From Ferruginibacter sp. (lineage in GTDB: Bacteria; Bacteroidota; Bacteroidia; Chitinophagales; Chitinophagaceae): a stretch of DNA of 64,000 nucleotides. Shown here piece after piece: positions 19,349 to 29,683 of the stretch. The stretch lies in contig JABFQZ010000014.1 in NCBI GenBank assembly GCA_013141435.1, positions 49,792 through 113,791 on the forward strand, given 5' to 3'. The position numbers and the translations under genes are program-made. How positions within the stretch are numbered: position 1 is the first letter of the stretch; every line of letters begins with the position of its first letter. The notes beneath the pieces are model-generated. The model saw only the letters and a list, made by a program, of their open reading frames with translations. It did not search any database and was not told the origin of the DNA.

Positions 19349-20368
19349 TTAATTTATTGCTAAATATTGTTGAGCAATTATTTTTATATCGAAGCGTTTT
19401 TCAGCTTGCTTTCTGCAATTTTCCCTATTGAAATTAGAGAGTTGTTCAACCACCTTAATCATTTCATTTTTGTTAACAACTTTATAACCTGTTACTCTAT
19501 CATCTATAACTTCGGCAACGGAACCCTTTTTAAACCCAATTACTGGTGTACCGCAAGCCATGGCTTCTACCATAACAATACCAAAAGGTTCTTCCCATTC
19601 AATAGGAAAAAGCAATGCTTTAGATTTACCTAACCATACATTTTTTTGCTCATCGTTTACTGTACCTATATATTTTATTTGTACACCATCAATGTGAGGT
19701 TTTATTTCTTCTTCAAAGTATTTTTGCTCCTCTGGCAATGGAGAAATATTGCCAGCAATTATTAATACATTATTGGTTGCCTTAGCTACAGCAATTGCGG
19801 TATGACAGCCTTTTATTTTTTCAATACGTCCAAGAAAAATTAATGGCGAATGTTCATTAATATTGTTATTTAAATTATACATTTTAAAATCGCAACCATT
19901 AAAAATTGAATGCCAATTACCTGGTACATTTGCCCTATCTACCAAATTTTTACTACAGCTGCTATAAAACATATTTTTGTTTGGAAACTTGCAAAAGAGT
20001 TTAATATTTCTTTGGGTTATTTCTCTTTGATAACTCATTATCTTTTTCACTTTACAGTTTAAGATAGGCAATAAATAAACTAACCTTCCAAAATTGTGAA
20101 TAAAATCATAGTCACTTCTTTTTTTCCATATAAATTTCCAAGCATATAATATGGCAAACCTTGCATCCCATTTATTTGGAGGAAAACCTTCTTTTCCAAA
20201 GGAATGAATGGTACACCCATTTATATTTGATCCTGTTGTAATTAATAAATCAACTTTATGACCAAGTGACAAATACTCTTTTGCTAATAACTCTATAATC
20301 CTCTCTATACCTCCATAACCATTTACTGGAATGACTATACCTGGATCCATTACAATTAAAATTTTCAT
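19349..20368 (-). CDS. Glycosyltransferase family 4
   Basis: PVNGYGGIER, FLGRIEKIKG, FPIEWEEPFGIVMVEAMACGTPV. Confidence 0.92.
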   Translation of the reverse strand: MKILIVMDPGIVIPVNGYGGIERIIELLAKEYLSLGHKVDLLITTGSNINGCTIHSFGKEGFPPNKWDARFAILYAWKFIWKKRSDYDFIHNFGRLVYLLPILNCKVKKIMSYQREITQRNIKLFCKFPNKNMFYSSCSKNLVDRANVPGNWHSIFNGCDFKMYNLNNNINEHSPLIFLGRIEKIKGCHTAIAVAKATNNVLIIAGNISPLPEEQKYFEEEIKPHIDGVQIKYIGTVNDEQKNVWLGKSKALLFPIEWEEPFGIVMVEAMACGTPVIGFKKGSVAEVIDDRVTGYKVVNKNEMIKVVEQLSNFNRENCRKQAEKRFDIKIIAQQYLAIN

Positions 20369-21690
20369 ACTGCTAGCAAAATTTGGTTATACAACTTTTG
20401 ATACTCACTTACAACATTGTAAAAAGATTTTACAGGTTTAATTTTTGATTTTGCAGTATCAATTAAAGCAGGATTTTTAATCAACAACTGTATTTTATTT
20501 TCCAAATCTTTTCTATCATTAAAATTAAATAACCAGCCAATTTCTCTATCCGTAATTTGCTCCGCATTACCATATACATTAGAGGCAAGCACTGGTATAC
20601 CAGCAGCAAATGCTTCTTGTATTACGAGTGGGCTCATTTCTGAAAATGTAGAGGGAAGACAAAGTAAATGATTATTTGCCATAGTTTGCAAAACAACATT
20701 TGAAGGTAAAATGTTATACAAATGTACATGAGGCATTTCGTCTATCATTAGTTTACATTCGTTAGCGTAAGCATCATTATTATCTTTTCCATAAATATTT
20801 AGCTCAAGTTGTGTAGTATTAAATCTTTTACAAACATCGAGTAAGAGATGTAATCCTTTAAAATGGCTTATACGCCCAACAAAAATTATTTTTAAAGGCA
20901 ATACTGTTTTACAATTCATTTTTTTCACAATTGCATCACTTGGCAATCCCTGGGAAATAAGCGATAATTTGTCTTCTGCAATTCCGTTTTGAAGCAATAT
21001 TTTTTTATACCAATTAGTAAGTACTACAAACTTATCACAGGTAGTAACTAATGTGTTTAAGTCAGCTTTTAGCTTTTTTATAATAAAAGGAAAACCAAAA
21101 GCTGTGCCTACACTATTATCAAATTTTGTGGTATCGAAACCAAGATAATATAAAAAGGATGAAAAAGAATAAATCAAACTAGTTTTAAGCGTTTTTCCAT
21201 GAGTGCTTACCAATGCACATTTTGTACATTTCAAATTATTTATAACACCGTCACAATAGGTTTCTTTTTGATACATCAATGCTCCATTCTTACAAGTGTA
21301 AGAAGCAAGGTGTGCAGTAAAAACAACTTTAAATCCTAGTCTCTTTGTTTCAACAACATGGCTCAATGTTATTCCATTACTACCTGCCAGTTCATGAAAA
21401 TGTACAATAGTAGGATTTTCATTTTTGAGTATTTCCAAAAAATTATTTAATCCATCAGGTTTTCTTTTACCCATGATTAGTTTTCTATCTACAATGGAAG
21501 GCTCTGCATATTTTATGACTTTGATATTATCTACAAAATATGTTTCATCTAAGTTATTGTTATAATTGGGAATTAATACAGTGCAATCGTAAGATTTATC
21601 TAATAAAATTGTGGCTAGTGTTTTTACATACACTTCTGTACCTGCTATCTGGTTAGGAAAAAAATCATTTAAAACAAATAGAATTTTCAT
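20365..21690 (-). CDS. Glycosyltransferase family 4 with Cys-rich insert
   Basis: AGTEVY, HFHE, FVGRISHFKG, PSTFSEMSPLVIQEAFA; C..C..KC..C insert near residues 130-160. Confidence 0.88.
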   Translation of the reverse strand: MKILFVLNDFFPNQIAGTEVYVKTLATILLDKSYDCTVLIPNYNNNLDETYFVDNIKVIKYAEPSIVDRKLIMGKRKPDGLNNFLEILKNENPTIVHFHELAGSNGITLSHVVETKRLGFKVVFTAHLASYTCKNGALMYQKETYCDGVINNLKCTKCALVSTHGKTLKTSLIYSFSSFLYYLGFDTTKFDNSVGTAFGFPFIIKKLKADLNTLVTTCDKFVVLTNWYKKILLQNGIAEDKLSLISQGLPSDAIVKKMNCKTVLPLKIIFVGRISHFKGLHLLLDVCKRFNTTQLELNIYGKDNNDAYANECKLMIDEMPHVHLYNILPSNVVLQTMANNHLLCLPSTFSEMSPLVIQEAFAAGIPVLASNVYGNAEQITDREIGWLFNFNDRKDLENKIQLLIKNPALIDTAKSKIKPVKSFYNVVSEYQKLYNQILLAV

Positions 21691-21692
21691 AG

Positions 21693-22418
21693 CTACTTTT
21701 TCTCGAAATAAAAATTTCTTCCATCTTCCAAATCAATTACTTTCTCAAATTTGCTTTTTGCTAGTAATGTAAATATTTCTTCACATTTATCTTCCCCTAA
21801 AATAGATGGATGCAATTCAAATTGAACTTTTTTAATACTTTGAAAATTAATTATTTTAAAAATATCATACTCCCCTCCTTCTATATCCATTATAAGAAAA
21901 CTAGGTTTAATCTTACTAATGATTTCATTTATATTTAATTTTTGTAAATGTATATTTTCATTATTAATATTGATACTTACCGAAGACGCAAGCCTACTTT
22001 TTTTATTTATAGAAAAATTTGTAGCCCCATTATCATTTGCCAATAACGCATTGGTAATATTAGGACTAACATTATTTTTTTTGAAAACCTCTCTAGCTTT
22101 TACAATGTTTAATGGATTAGCTTCGTAAGTATGTACATTGTTAGAACCTACAATTGTTGAACAATAGGAAGATATAAAACCCAATCCTGTGCCTATTTCC
22201 ATGACAACATCTTGCTTACTTATTTTTTGGCTAACAATAGTATATTCTCCCATTTCATATTGCCCATTTACAATCCACCTTAGTGTATTAAACCCAATAC
22301 TAAATTGTAAAGGCATATAAATACCTTGCACTAATTTCCATGAATTACCTATTATATACCTGTATAAAACATAAGTAAGTATATATAACTTGTATAACCA
22401 AAAACTAATTCTATCCAT
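21693..22418 (-). CDS. FkbM-like methyltransferase
   Basis: VMEIGTGLG, YEANP, LIMDIEGGE; ATG at 22418 or TTG at 22424. Confidence 0.82.
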   Translation of the reverse strand: MDRISFWLYKLYILTYVLYRYIIGNSWKLVQGIYMPLQFSIGFNTLRWIVNGQYEMGEYTIVSQKISKQDVVMEIGTGLGFISSYCSTIVGSNNVHTYEANPLNIVKAREVFKKNNVSPNITNALLANDNGATNFSINKKSRLASSVSININNENIHLQKLNINEIISKIKPSFLIMDIEGGEYDIFKIINFQSIKKVQFELHPSILGEDKCEEIFTLLAKSKFEKVIDLEDGRNFYFEKK

Positions 22419-23013
22419 TTCCAATATTCGTCTTATTTTTTACATCAATTTTCAATTGCTGGTTACAAGTAACCACACAATCATCAGGTATTGATTTATA
22501 AACTAAACAATTTGCACCAATTACAACATTATTACCAATTGATACATTTTTTAGTATAATAACATTAGCACCAAACCAACAATTATTGCCAATTTTTATT
22601 TTACCAGTATTCCAGCCTTGGCTTGAGATTAAAACATCTGCATTTTTATAATTATGATTTGCATCATAAAACTTTACTGCTTCACCAAACAAACAATCAT
22701 TTCCTATTGTAATTTCATCAAAACAATTTATAGAACAATTGCTATTGAAGAATACATTATTACCAATTGAAAGTTTACTATCGCAACCAGAACGTATGAT
22801 ACAATAATCTCTAAACGTTACACTATTTCCAATTTGTACTAAAGAATTTGAAATATCAAAATTCAACGAAAATAAATTTCCAAAATCAAATCCACTTTTT
22901 AAATAAAATCTATTTTTATAAAGCGCTTTCCACTCTACTATTTGTAGTTTTTTAAATTGAATATCTATCAATTTATATATTCTATTCTTTGCTTTAAAAA
23001 TAAATCTTAGCAT
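22411..23013 (-). CDS. Acyltransferase, hexapeptide-repeat (LbH)
   Basis: IGNNVFFN, IGNDCLFG, DANH, IGNNCWFGANVIILKNVSIGNNVVIGA. Confidence 0.88.
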   Translation of the reverse strand: MLRFIFKAKNRIYKLIDIQFKKLQIVEWKALYKNRFYLKSGFDFGNLFSLNFDISNSLVQIGNSVTFRDYCIIRSGCDSKLSIGNNVFFNSNCSINCFDEITIGNDCLFGEAVKFYDANHNYKNADVLISSQGWNTGKIKIGNNCWFGANVIILKNVSIGNNVVIGANCLVYKSIPDDCVVTCNQQLKIDVKNKTNIGNG

Positions 23014-23969
23014 TTAGTATTAGTTTCTACAAAATTATAATCGTTTTTCAAAGGCAGTAATTCTGGCGACTTAATCTTATAAGTATAGTTTCCTCTTTTA
23101 AATAAATACTTTATATCCGATAAAGGAATGTGTAATCGTTTTAATAACTGAAAAAAATCAAAAATTTTAAGCTTTTGGATAGTATTTTTAAAAATGAGTT
23201 TTATGGTTCTTATTTTTAAATTACTTCTGGCTTTTAGAAGCGTATCGGATGAGAAAGGATGATAATTAGATGACAAAATTTCTTTATCGATCAAATAAGT
23301 TTCCATCAAATTTTTATAGGCCGTCCTTACCTTATTACTAGCTTGGCCGTCATGTTGCCTCCAAAATACTGCTCCTGCAGGTATTAAGAGTACATCGTAG
23401 ATACAACTAAATTTTCTTTTTAAAAATGTATCACCGCTTGCAAATCTCTCATCTAACCCTCCCATTTCTTTTAGTGAGCTTACTTTAAAAAGTGACTCTG
23501 CAAAACCAACAACTGTAATTGGATAGGTGCTTAAAAAATTTAGACTAGACAATTCAAGAGCAGTAAATAAATAAGGGAACACTACAAAATCAAAATATAC
23601 AGGATATACTCCCCAAATAGCAGGCACTTCTGGAAAATAATTTATTAAAGAAGCATAAGTACTCAAACTATTTTTATACAAAATATCATCTCCATCTACA
23701 AATAAAATATATTGCCCTTTTGCACTATTTAATACCTTATTTCTATTAGGATATTCTCCAATATTATTTTCATTTCTCCATGAGCGTATTCTTACATCTT
23801 TATATTCAGAAACTATATCCCAAGTATTGTCAGTGGAGCAATCATCAGAAATTACTAACTCAAAATTAGTATATGAAGAAGCTAAAATACTTTCAATAGC
23901 TTGCCTTATCCACTTAGAAGAATTATAGGTAATGGTAGCAATAGTAAATAATGGTTCGCTGTTATGCAT
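23007..23969 (-). CDS. Glycosyltransferase family 2
   Basis: TITYNSSKWI, ISDDCSTDNT, LFVDGDD. Confidence 0.88.
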   Translation of the reverse strand: MHNSEPLFTIATITYNSSKWIRQAIESILASSYTNFELVISDDCSTDNTWDIVSEYKDVRIRSWRNENNIGEYPNRNKVLNSAKGQYILFVDGDDILYKNSLSTYASLINYFPEVPAIWGVYPVYFDFVVFPYLFTALELSSLNFLSTYPITVVGFAESLFKVSSLKEMGGLDERFASGDTFLKRKFSCIYDVLLIPAGAVFWRQHDGQASNKVRTAYKNLMETYLIDKEILSSNYHPFSSDTLLKARSNLKIRTIKLIFKNTIQKLKIFDFFQLLKRLHIPLSDIKYLFKRGNYTYKIKSPELLPLKNDYNFVETNTKC

Positions 23970-25059
23970 TTATTTCTAAAAGATATTTTTTCAACTTTAT
24001 GATTTCTTCATTTTCATCGTAAGCTAATTTATTTTCAGAATTATTAAATGTGCAATTACCATTAAAGATTTTTATTAAGTCCATTTCAGTATTATATAAG
24101 ATTCCATTTGTTTCATTTACCAACTCTGGAGCTCCTCCACTATTATTTACAATTACTTTTAAGCCCATTTTATTGGCTTCTATAATTACTCTTCCAAATG
24201 CTTCTGCTTTTGAAGCTACAATAAGAAAATTATACTGTGGTAATATTTCTTCTTTTATAAAAAAGCCTGTTTTTATTTTTACATTACTTGTCAATCCATT
24301 TTCAAAAATAAAATTCTGTAATGTTTCTACATATTTAGCATCTTCACTAGGGCCAATTATGTGTAACAATTCTTTATTAAATCTGTTATCAACTTTTGCC
24401 AGTGCGGATAAAACTTCTAAATGCCCTTTATTTTTTATCAGTTGTCCAAACATTAAATAAGGTGCTGTTTTTTTTTCTATTACTTCAAAATGTTTTACTG
24501 TTACAGGCTGGTAAATACATTTAATATTTGCTACAGGCATTAAAGCTTGAAATTTATTTAAAATTGCTTTTGAATTAGCTATAAACAATTTGCTTTTTTG
24601 CATCCAAGCATAAGCCTTTTGTTTTTTCCCAAAACCAATTGTAAAACCAAAATCTTCCTCACCAAACTCATGCAACCACCATACATGTGGCTTACACATT
24701 ATATATGCTGCTATACTTGCTATAAATGGAACTTGTGTATTTGTAAAAACAGTGGATGGTTTTTCTTTAAATATTAAGATGCAAGTTTTACATATTGCAA
24801 TTAGAGATCTAACAAAAACTTTGATTTTGTTTTTAACAATTGGCAAATCAGCTGAAACTGCCCAGGCGTATTGGTAAATTATTGCAGAACCGAAATTCTG
24901 TTTTTGGATTACTTCAACCATGTTGCCTTGATGCGGTTGTATAAAATGAAAATCGTACTCATCTTTTAATGCATTTGCATACTCAAGCATAGCAATATTT
25001 GCTCCACTTAAATTTGCTTCATGAGTGAGCCATAGTATTTTCTTTTTGGAAGAAGCCAC
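23962..25059 (-). CDS. Glycosyltransferase family 4
   Basis: HEANLSGAN, WWLHE, ASKAEAFGRVIIEA; GTG start. Confidence 0.88.
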   Translation of the reverse strand: MASSKKKILWLTHEANLSGANIAMLEYANALKDEYDFHFIQPHQGNMVEVIQKQNFGSAIIYQYAWAVSADLPIVKNKIKVFVRSLIAICKTCILIFKEKPSTVFTNTQVPFIASIAAYIMCKPHVWWLHEFGEEDFGFTIGFGKKQKAYAWMQKSKLFIANSKAILNKFQALMPVANIKCIYQPVTVKHFEVIEKKTAPYLMFGQLIKNKGHLEVLSALAKVDNRFNKELLHIIGPSEDAKYVETLQNFIFENGLTSNVKIKTGFFIKEEILPQYNFLIVASKAEAFGRVIIEANKMGLKVIVNNSGGAPELVNETNGILYNTEMDLIKIFNGNCTFNNSENKLAYDENEEIIKLKKYLLEINA

Positions 25060-25958
25060 TATATAATTTCATTTTTTGCAAAAGCTTTAATAGCCCCAAG
25101 AGACTGCCTTGAAAAACTTGCATTTTTATATTCAAAAATATTTTGCAAAAGCTTAATTACTTTATAAAAAAAAGTAGTATCACTCTTAGATAAATCTGAT
25201 AAAAAACCTGTCCAATTCGTTTTCGATATTTTATATTTACAAGCACTATGCAAACCTTCAAACTCAGGCATAGTATAAATATGTTCTATTATTTTTCTTT
25301 CTTCCAAAACAAATCGCTCACTTAGAGATTGTGTTTTAGATTGTTCATGCAACCTGAAATGTACTAACAAATCAGGTATTTCTTTTACTACTGGAAAATT
25401 GTACAGGTATCGTATATACAAATCCCAATCAAAAGCATAATGAAAATTTTCATTTATACCGCTGCATTTTTCAATCATTTCTCTACGCATCCATACACCA
25501 GGTTGTACAAATTTTACATTTTGCTTCCAACACATTAAGCCCTCTGCTGATAAATATTGGTTTTGTATTATTTCTTCATTTGTTGAGGAGAAATTTCTAA
25601 CTTTCCCTGCAACCATCTGCACTTTTTCATCTTCAAAAGCAGTGGCAATTTTGTACAACGAATCAGGCTCTAGGTAATCATCACTGTTAAGCCAATTAAA
25701 TATTTTTCCTGTGCAAAACTTTAATCCTTTATTAATAGCATTTGCTTGGCCACTATCTTTCTCACTAATCCAATATTTTAAATAGTTTTCGTATTTTTTT
25801 ATAATTTCAACAGTGTTATCTGTACTTCCACCATCAATTATAATATACTCTAGATTAGGATAATTTTGATTGAGGATACTTAAAATTGTTTCTTCAATAA
25901 AATGCCCTTGGTTAAAACATGGTGTAACTATTGATATTTTTGGAAATAGTGTATTCAA
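25059..25958 (-). CDS. Glycosyltransferase family 2
   Basis: ISIVTPCFNQG, IIDGGSTD, QANAINKG, WLNSDD, FDWDL; TTG start. Confidence 0.9.
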   Translation of the reverse strand: MNTLFPKISIVTPCFNQGHFIEETILSILNQNYPNLEYIIIDGGSTDNTVEIIKKYENYLKYWISEKDSGQANAINKGLKFCTGKIFNWLNSDDYLEPDSLYKIATAFEDEKVQMVAGKVRNFSSTNEEIIQNQYLSAEGLMCWKQNVKFVQPGVWMRREMIEKCSGINENFHYAFDWDLYIRYLYNFPVVKEIPDLLVHFRLHEQSKTQSLSERFVLEERKIIEHIYTMPEFEGLHSACKYKISKTNWTGFLSDLSKSDTTFFYKVIKLLQNIFEYKNASFSRQSLGAIKAFAKNEII

Positions 25959-26899
25959 TTATTTTTAAGTTTTTTAGAAATGAGTTGTTTTAAATAAAAA
26001 CTTACTGGTAAACGTTTATGATAACACCAAACCCATTTAACAAAATTTTCTTCATAATCAACATCCGGTTTTATTTGGGCTGGGTGTAAATATGGGGTAA
26101 GTAATTCTTTTGAAACAATATTTGCAGAAGGATTATTTGCTTCGTTTGTATGTGTTGCATTTTCGTCAAACCCAATATTAGTAACCAAGTTTACTGATGG
26201 TACTATTGATAATTGATTATTTTCAATTTGATGGAAAATCCATTGCCAGTCCCACCAAGTAATATTTTCTTTAGTTACAGTAATATCAAATTTGTGTTGC
26301 CAATATTTATACCAATTAATATCCAAATCAAACAAATGATTACTTAATTTTTTATGCAGATATAACAATGGATTTTTTACGCATTTCCAATACTTTAAAT
26401 TGTAATCAATTTTATTTGCTCTATCTGCCCATGTAGCCCAGCCCCACATATTCATATACCTGCTAAAGCTATAACTATCTCCATTCTTTAATTTATAACC
26501 AAGGTTAGAACCATTTATAGATATAATTTTTTTATTGGCTCTATACTTTTCCAACATAGCTGTAGCGAAACAAAAAAAAGAACCATCAGGCACACAATCA
26601 TCTTCTAAAATAATACCTTCTTGCTCTTGAGAAAAAAACCAATCAAATGCCGCCCGTGGACCAAGACTACAACCTAAGTTATCTGATTGATATAACCTAA
26701 AAACTTGGCAAGGCCAATCTATATTTTCAGTATATTTTTTTGCATCAAAACATTTCTTCTTATCTTCTTTGTTTTTTCGAGGAGCATCTGCAGCTATGTA
26801 TAATTTGCTTGGTTTTGCCTTACGAATAGCTTCAAACACAATTTTTGTAGAACTTGGACGATTGAAAATAATAAACAATATTGGTGCTAAAGGGGTCAC
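25955..26899 (-). CDS. Nucleotide-diphospho-sugar transferase (GT-A fold, HlpA-like)
   Basis: PILFIIFNRP, YIAADAPR, IILEDDC, WGWATW, WDWQW, NLVTNIGF; GTG start. Confidence 0.82.
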   Translation of the reverse strand: MTPLAPILFIIFNRPSSTKIVFEAIRKAKPSKLYIAADAPRKNKEDKKKCFDAKKYTENIDWPCQVFRLYQSDNLGCSLGPRAAFDWFFSQEQEGIILEDDCVPDGSFFCFATAMLEKYRANKKIISINGSNLGYKLKNGDSYSFSRYMNMWGWATWADRANKIDYNLKYWKCVKNPLLYLHKKLSNHLFDLDINWYKYWQHKFDITVTKENITWWDWQWIFHQIENNQLSIVPSVNLVTNIGFDENATHTNEANNPSANIVSKELLTPYLHPAQIKPDVDYEENFVKWVWCYHKRLPVSFYLKQLISKKLKNN

Positions 26900-26900
26900 T

Positions 26901-27644
26901 TTACTTGGTTAAGCCCATTTTCTTTAAAATACTCTTACAAAATAATTTGAAGTACATTCCTACCTTCTCTTTTCCCCAAGCCAAATTAATATACTTTTCA
27001 TATAAATCATTTCGATTGTTAACAATTAAAGTAAACAACTCTGGATGTATAAACGTGTTTATTGATTCTACTTTTGCAAGTCCAAAATTATCAACTTTAT
27101 CATCAATTATTATAAACATATTTTGCTTATACCAAAACTCTACATCATCATTATTCCAAAACTTCAGACGCATAATATCATAAAAAGAATAACCTTGCCT
27201 TTTAAATTTATTTTGCCAATAGTCAACCCATTTTTCATTTAAATGATTTTGCCCCCCCTGACCTGGTATAGCCGCAGAAAATAAGATAACTCCACTCAAT
27301 TTTGTGAGTGAATGTACAAAGTCATCTGCAGTAGACTCAGCTAAATGTTCTGCAACTTCTAAACAAATAGCTAAATCAAACTTTCTATCAAAACTAAATA
27401 GCTTTTGTAAATCAACTGTATCAATTAAAGAGGAGTCCACGTAAAGTTTACTTCTATCCAACCAATCACCTTCTACACCTTTTATATCTTTTAACCCCAA
27501 ATCTGACAACACAGATAAAAAACTTCCAGTACCACAACCAACATCAATAACACTTTTTGGATTAAATAAATTGATAATTATTGGAAGGATTGTACTTGCA
27601 GATTTTTTATTATGAGTTAGCTCTAAATGAGTGTATGTTGACAT
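26901..27644 (-). CDS. Class I SAM-dependent methyltransferase
   Basis: VIDVGCGTG, FDLAICLEVAEHL, FSAAIPGQGGQNHLNE; ATG at 27644 (TTG at 27665 also possible). Confidence 0.88.
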   Translation of the reverse strand: MSTYTHLELTHNKKSASTILPIIINLFNPKSVIDVGCGTGSFLSVLSDLGLKDIKGVEGDWLDRSKLYVDSSLIDTVDLQKLFSFDRKFDLAICLEVAEHLAESTADDFVHSLTKLSGVILFSAAIPGQGGQNHLNEKWVDYWQNKFKRQGYSFYDIMRLKFWNNDDVEFWYKQNMFIIIDDKVDNFGLAKVESINTFIHPELFTLIVNNRNDLYEKYINLAWGKEKVGMYFKLFCKSILKKMGLTK

Positions 27645-27658
27645 ATTTTTTATTTTAT

Positions 27659-28648
27659 TTACCAATAAGATTTTGAACCATTACCTACAATTTCAAAAGA
27701 AATAGGTATTTCTGTATCATCAGGCCTTATCCAGTATTTGTTTTTTATATCTTTAATTACTGGGTGATTATCCCATCTTTTACCTAATATACCAAAGTAC
27801 AATTGAAGTGCCCCACCTACATGTATTGCTTGTTTACCTTTATTTTTTATAAAAGAAGCTAAAGGCAATCCATAAGCTCCACATCCAATTAACGCTATAT
27901 CAAAATCAATATTATCAATCTTCAATTCCATATCCTTTAAAGCTTCAAACCAATCATTAAACCCTGTTTCATTAAACCCTATACTTTGTACAGATTTTAA
28001 TGTTTTTAAATTAAAACTAGGTAAGAACTCTTTAGGGAAGACCTTATCATGGTTTTCATAATTACTTTCTATAGATTTTTGAAAAGGATGTATTACAAGA
28101 ACTTTTTTGTTTTTTAGATAACTTGGCCAAGTTATTTTATTATAAGCTAGTGCATCAAGAGCAGAGACAGTAATTATATTTACAAAAGGGTTAAGTTTAT
28201 TTATTACAAAATCTTCCCCTCTGTTATTATACCAACCATCAAGACCTTGGGCTGTGCCGAAATAATCTATATTTTTTATTCCGTTTACATAAATTTCTGA
28301 AATCTTAAATAACAGATTCTCATTTTTTGGAAAAAAGCCAGAATCATTTACTATTGTATTAAATCCTGTCCAAATATTTTTTTCTCCGTATTTTAAATAA
28401 TCAAAAAATAGAAAAAATTTTGATTTTTTTTTATTCCTTTCAATTGCAAAATAGTTTCTCAATACCTCAAGCTCAGACTCACCTAGCTTAGCAATCATAA
28501 AAGGTTTACCACTTGCAATTGCAGCTCCAATAAAATCATCAGATGCATTAATATCATTAATTTTAGATCTAAAGCGTTTAAAATTTGGCTTTCTTCTAAT
28601 TAATCTAAAATAGTTGCTACGAAAGAAATCAAGAAGTTTATAATTCAT
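27659..28648 (-). CDS. Conserved polysaccharide-locus protein, putative GT-D-like (paralog 1)
   Basis: KKVLVIHPF, DIALIGCGAYGLPLA, AIHVGGALQLYFGI.GKRW, ends SYW; function inferred from context. Confidence 0.6.
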   Translation of the reverse strand: MNYKLLDFFRSNYFRLIRRKPNFKRFRSKINDINASDDFIGAAIASGKPFMIAKLGESELEVLRNYFAIERNKKKSKFFLFFDYLKYGEKNIWTGFNTIVNDSGFFPKNENLLFKISEIYVNGIKNIDYFGTAQGLDGWYNNRGEDFVINKLNPFVNIITVSALDALAYNKITWPSYLKNKKVLVIHPFQKSIESNYENHDKVFPKEFLPSFNLKTLKSVQSIGFNETGFNDWFEALKDMELKIDNIDFDIALIGCGAYGLPLASFIKNKGKQAIHVGGALQLYFGILGKRWDNHPVIKDIKNKYWIRPDDTEIPISFEIVGNGSKSYW

Positions 28649-28658
28649 CAAACGCTAA

Positions 28659-29654
28659 TTACCTATTAAAATATTTTGTAGCTAAATGAATAAACTTAGC
28701 TTTATGAGGAATACATTTTAATGTTGCTACCCCTTGCTGCTGCCCTGTAATTGATGCTAAATTTATTAGAGATTTTCGAATCCCATTTCTTTTAACAAAA
28801 AAATTACTGTATATTGATTTGATAAAATCATAATTGCTTATCATTTTAAACTCATTAATTTTAGATTTATCCCATTTTAAAACCTCAGCATGAGCAGGGA
28901 AAACACTGCTTTCAAGCCCATAAATTAATTTACATATTTTTAATATTGAAGTTTTGTTTTCTATAATATTATGTTTCATAAATAAATTTCCTATTTTCCC
29001 AACAGAAAAGCCTAAATCTGTTGCAGTTAATACCAGCTGTAAGTCTCCACCACTACTGGTACTTTTCCCTTTTCTATCTGTTAAAGTATACGTATTATTT
29101 TCTACACGTTTACAATATTCAATTGCAACATTCTTAGCTACACATAATCCAGTGCCGTAAGGATAATAATCTTGTGAACCAACTTCATTTCCAAAGAACG
29201 TTTTATCAGTGTACTGTTCTTGAAAAATATACTTGTATGCATCTAACCATTTAGGCGTATGCAAATTCATATAAGTTACCTCTATATTACCTGGGCCCCA
29301 AGCAGCTACTCTTTGATGCTTAATTATATTTTGTTTCAATACTGTTAAGTAATCAAATTTTGGTTCATTATCATCATCAAAAAAAATAAGCCACTCATAT
29401 TTAGCAGCTTTAATTCCACACATTCTTGCCGCAGTAAGACCAGGTTCAATTTCATTAATTATTTTTATACAATGATGTGTCAAAAGTAATTCCGTAACAA
29501 TTGGCAAAGTAACCAAAGCAGGTATTGAATTATTATCAACAATCAAAACCTCAAATGCAATGTCTGATTTATCTAATCCTTTAACAGCATCGAGTAACCT
29601 TTTAAAGCAATTAAGATTTGGGTTGTATGCATTTATAATAATAGAAAAATTCAA
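28659..29654 (-). CDS. Glycosyltransferase family 2
   Basis: IVDNNS, GLTAAR, FFDDDNEP, SGGD; TTG start. Confidence 0.85.
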   Translation of the reverse strand: MNFSIIINAYNPNLNCFKRLLDAVKGLDKSDIAFEVLIVDNNSIPALVTLPIVTELLLTHHCIKIINEIEPGLTAARMCGIKAAKYEWLIFFDDDNEPKFDYLTVLKQNIIKHQRVAAWGPGNIEVTYMNLHTPKWLDAYKYIFQEQYTDKTFFGNEVGSQDYYPYGTGLCVAKNVAIEYCKRVENNTYTLTDRKGKSTSSGGDLQLVLTATDLGFSVGKIGNLFMKHNIIENKTSILKICKLIYGLESSVFPAHAEVLKWDKSKINEFKMISNYDFIKSIYSNFFVKRNGIRKSLINLASITGQQQGVATLKCIPHKAKFIHLATKYFNR

Positions 29655-29683
29655 AGATATAATTTTAAGCTTTTATGCTAATT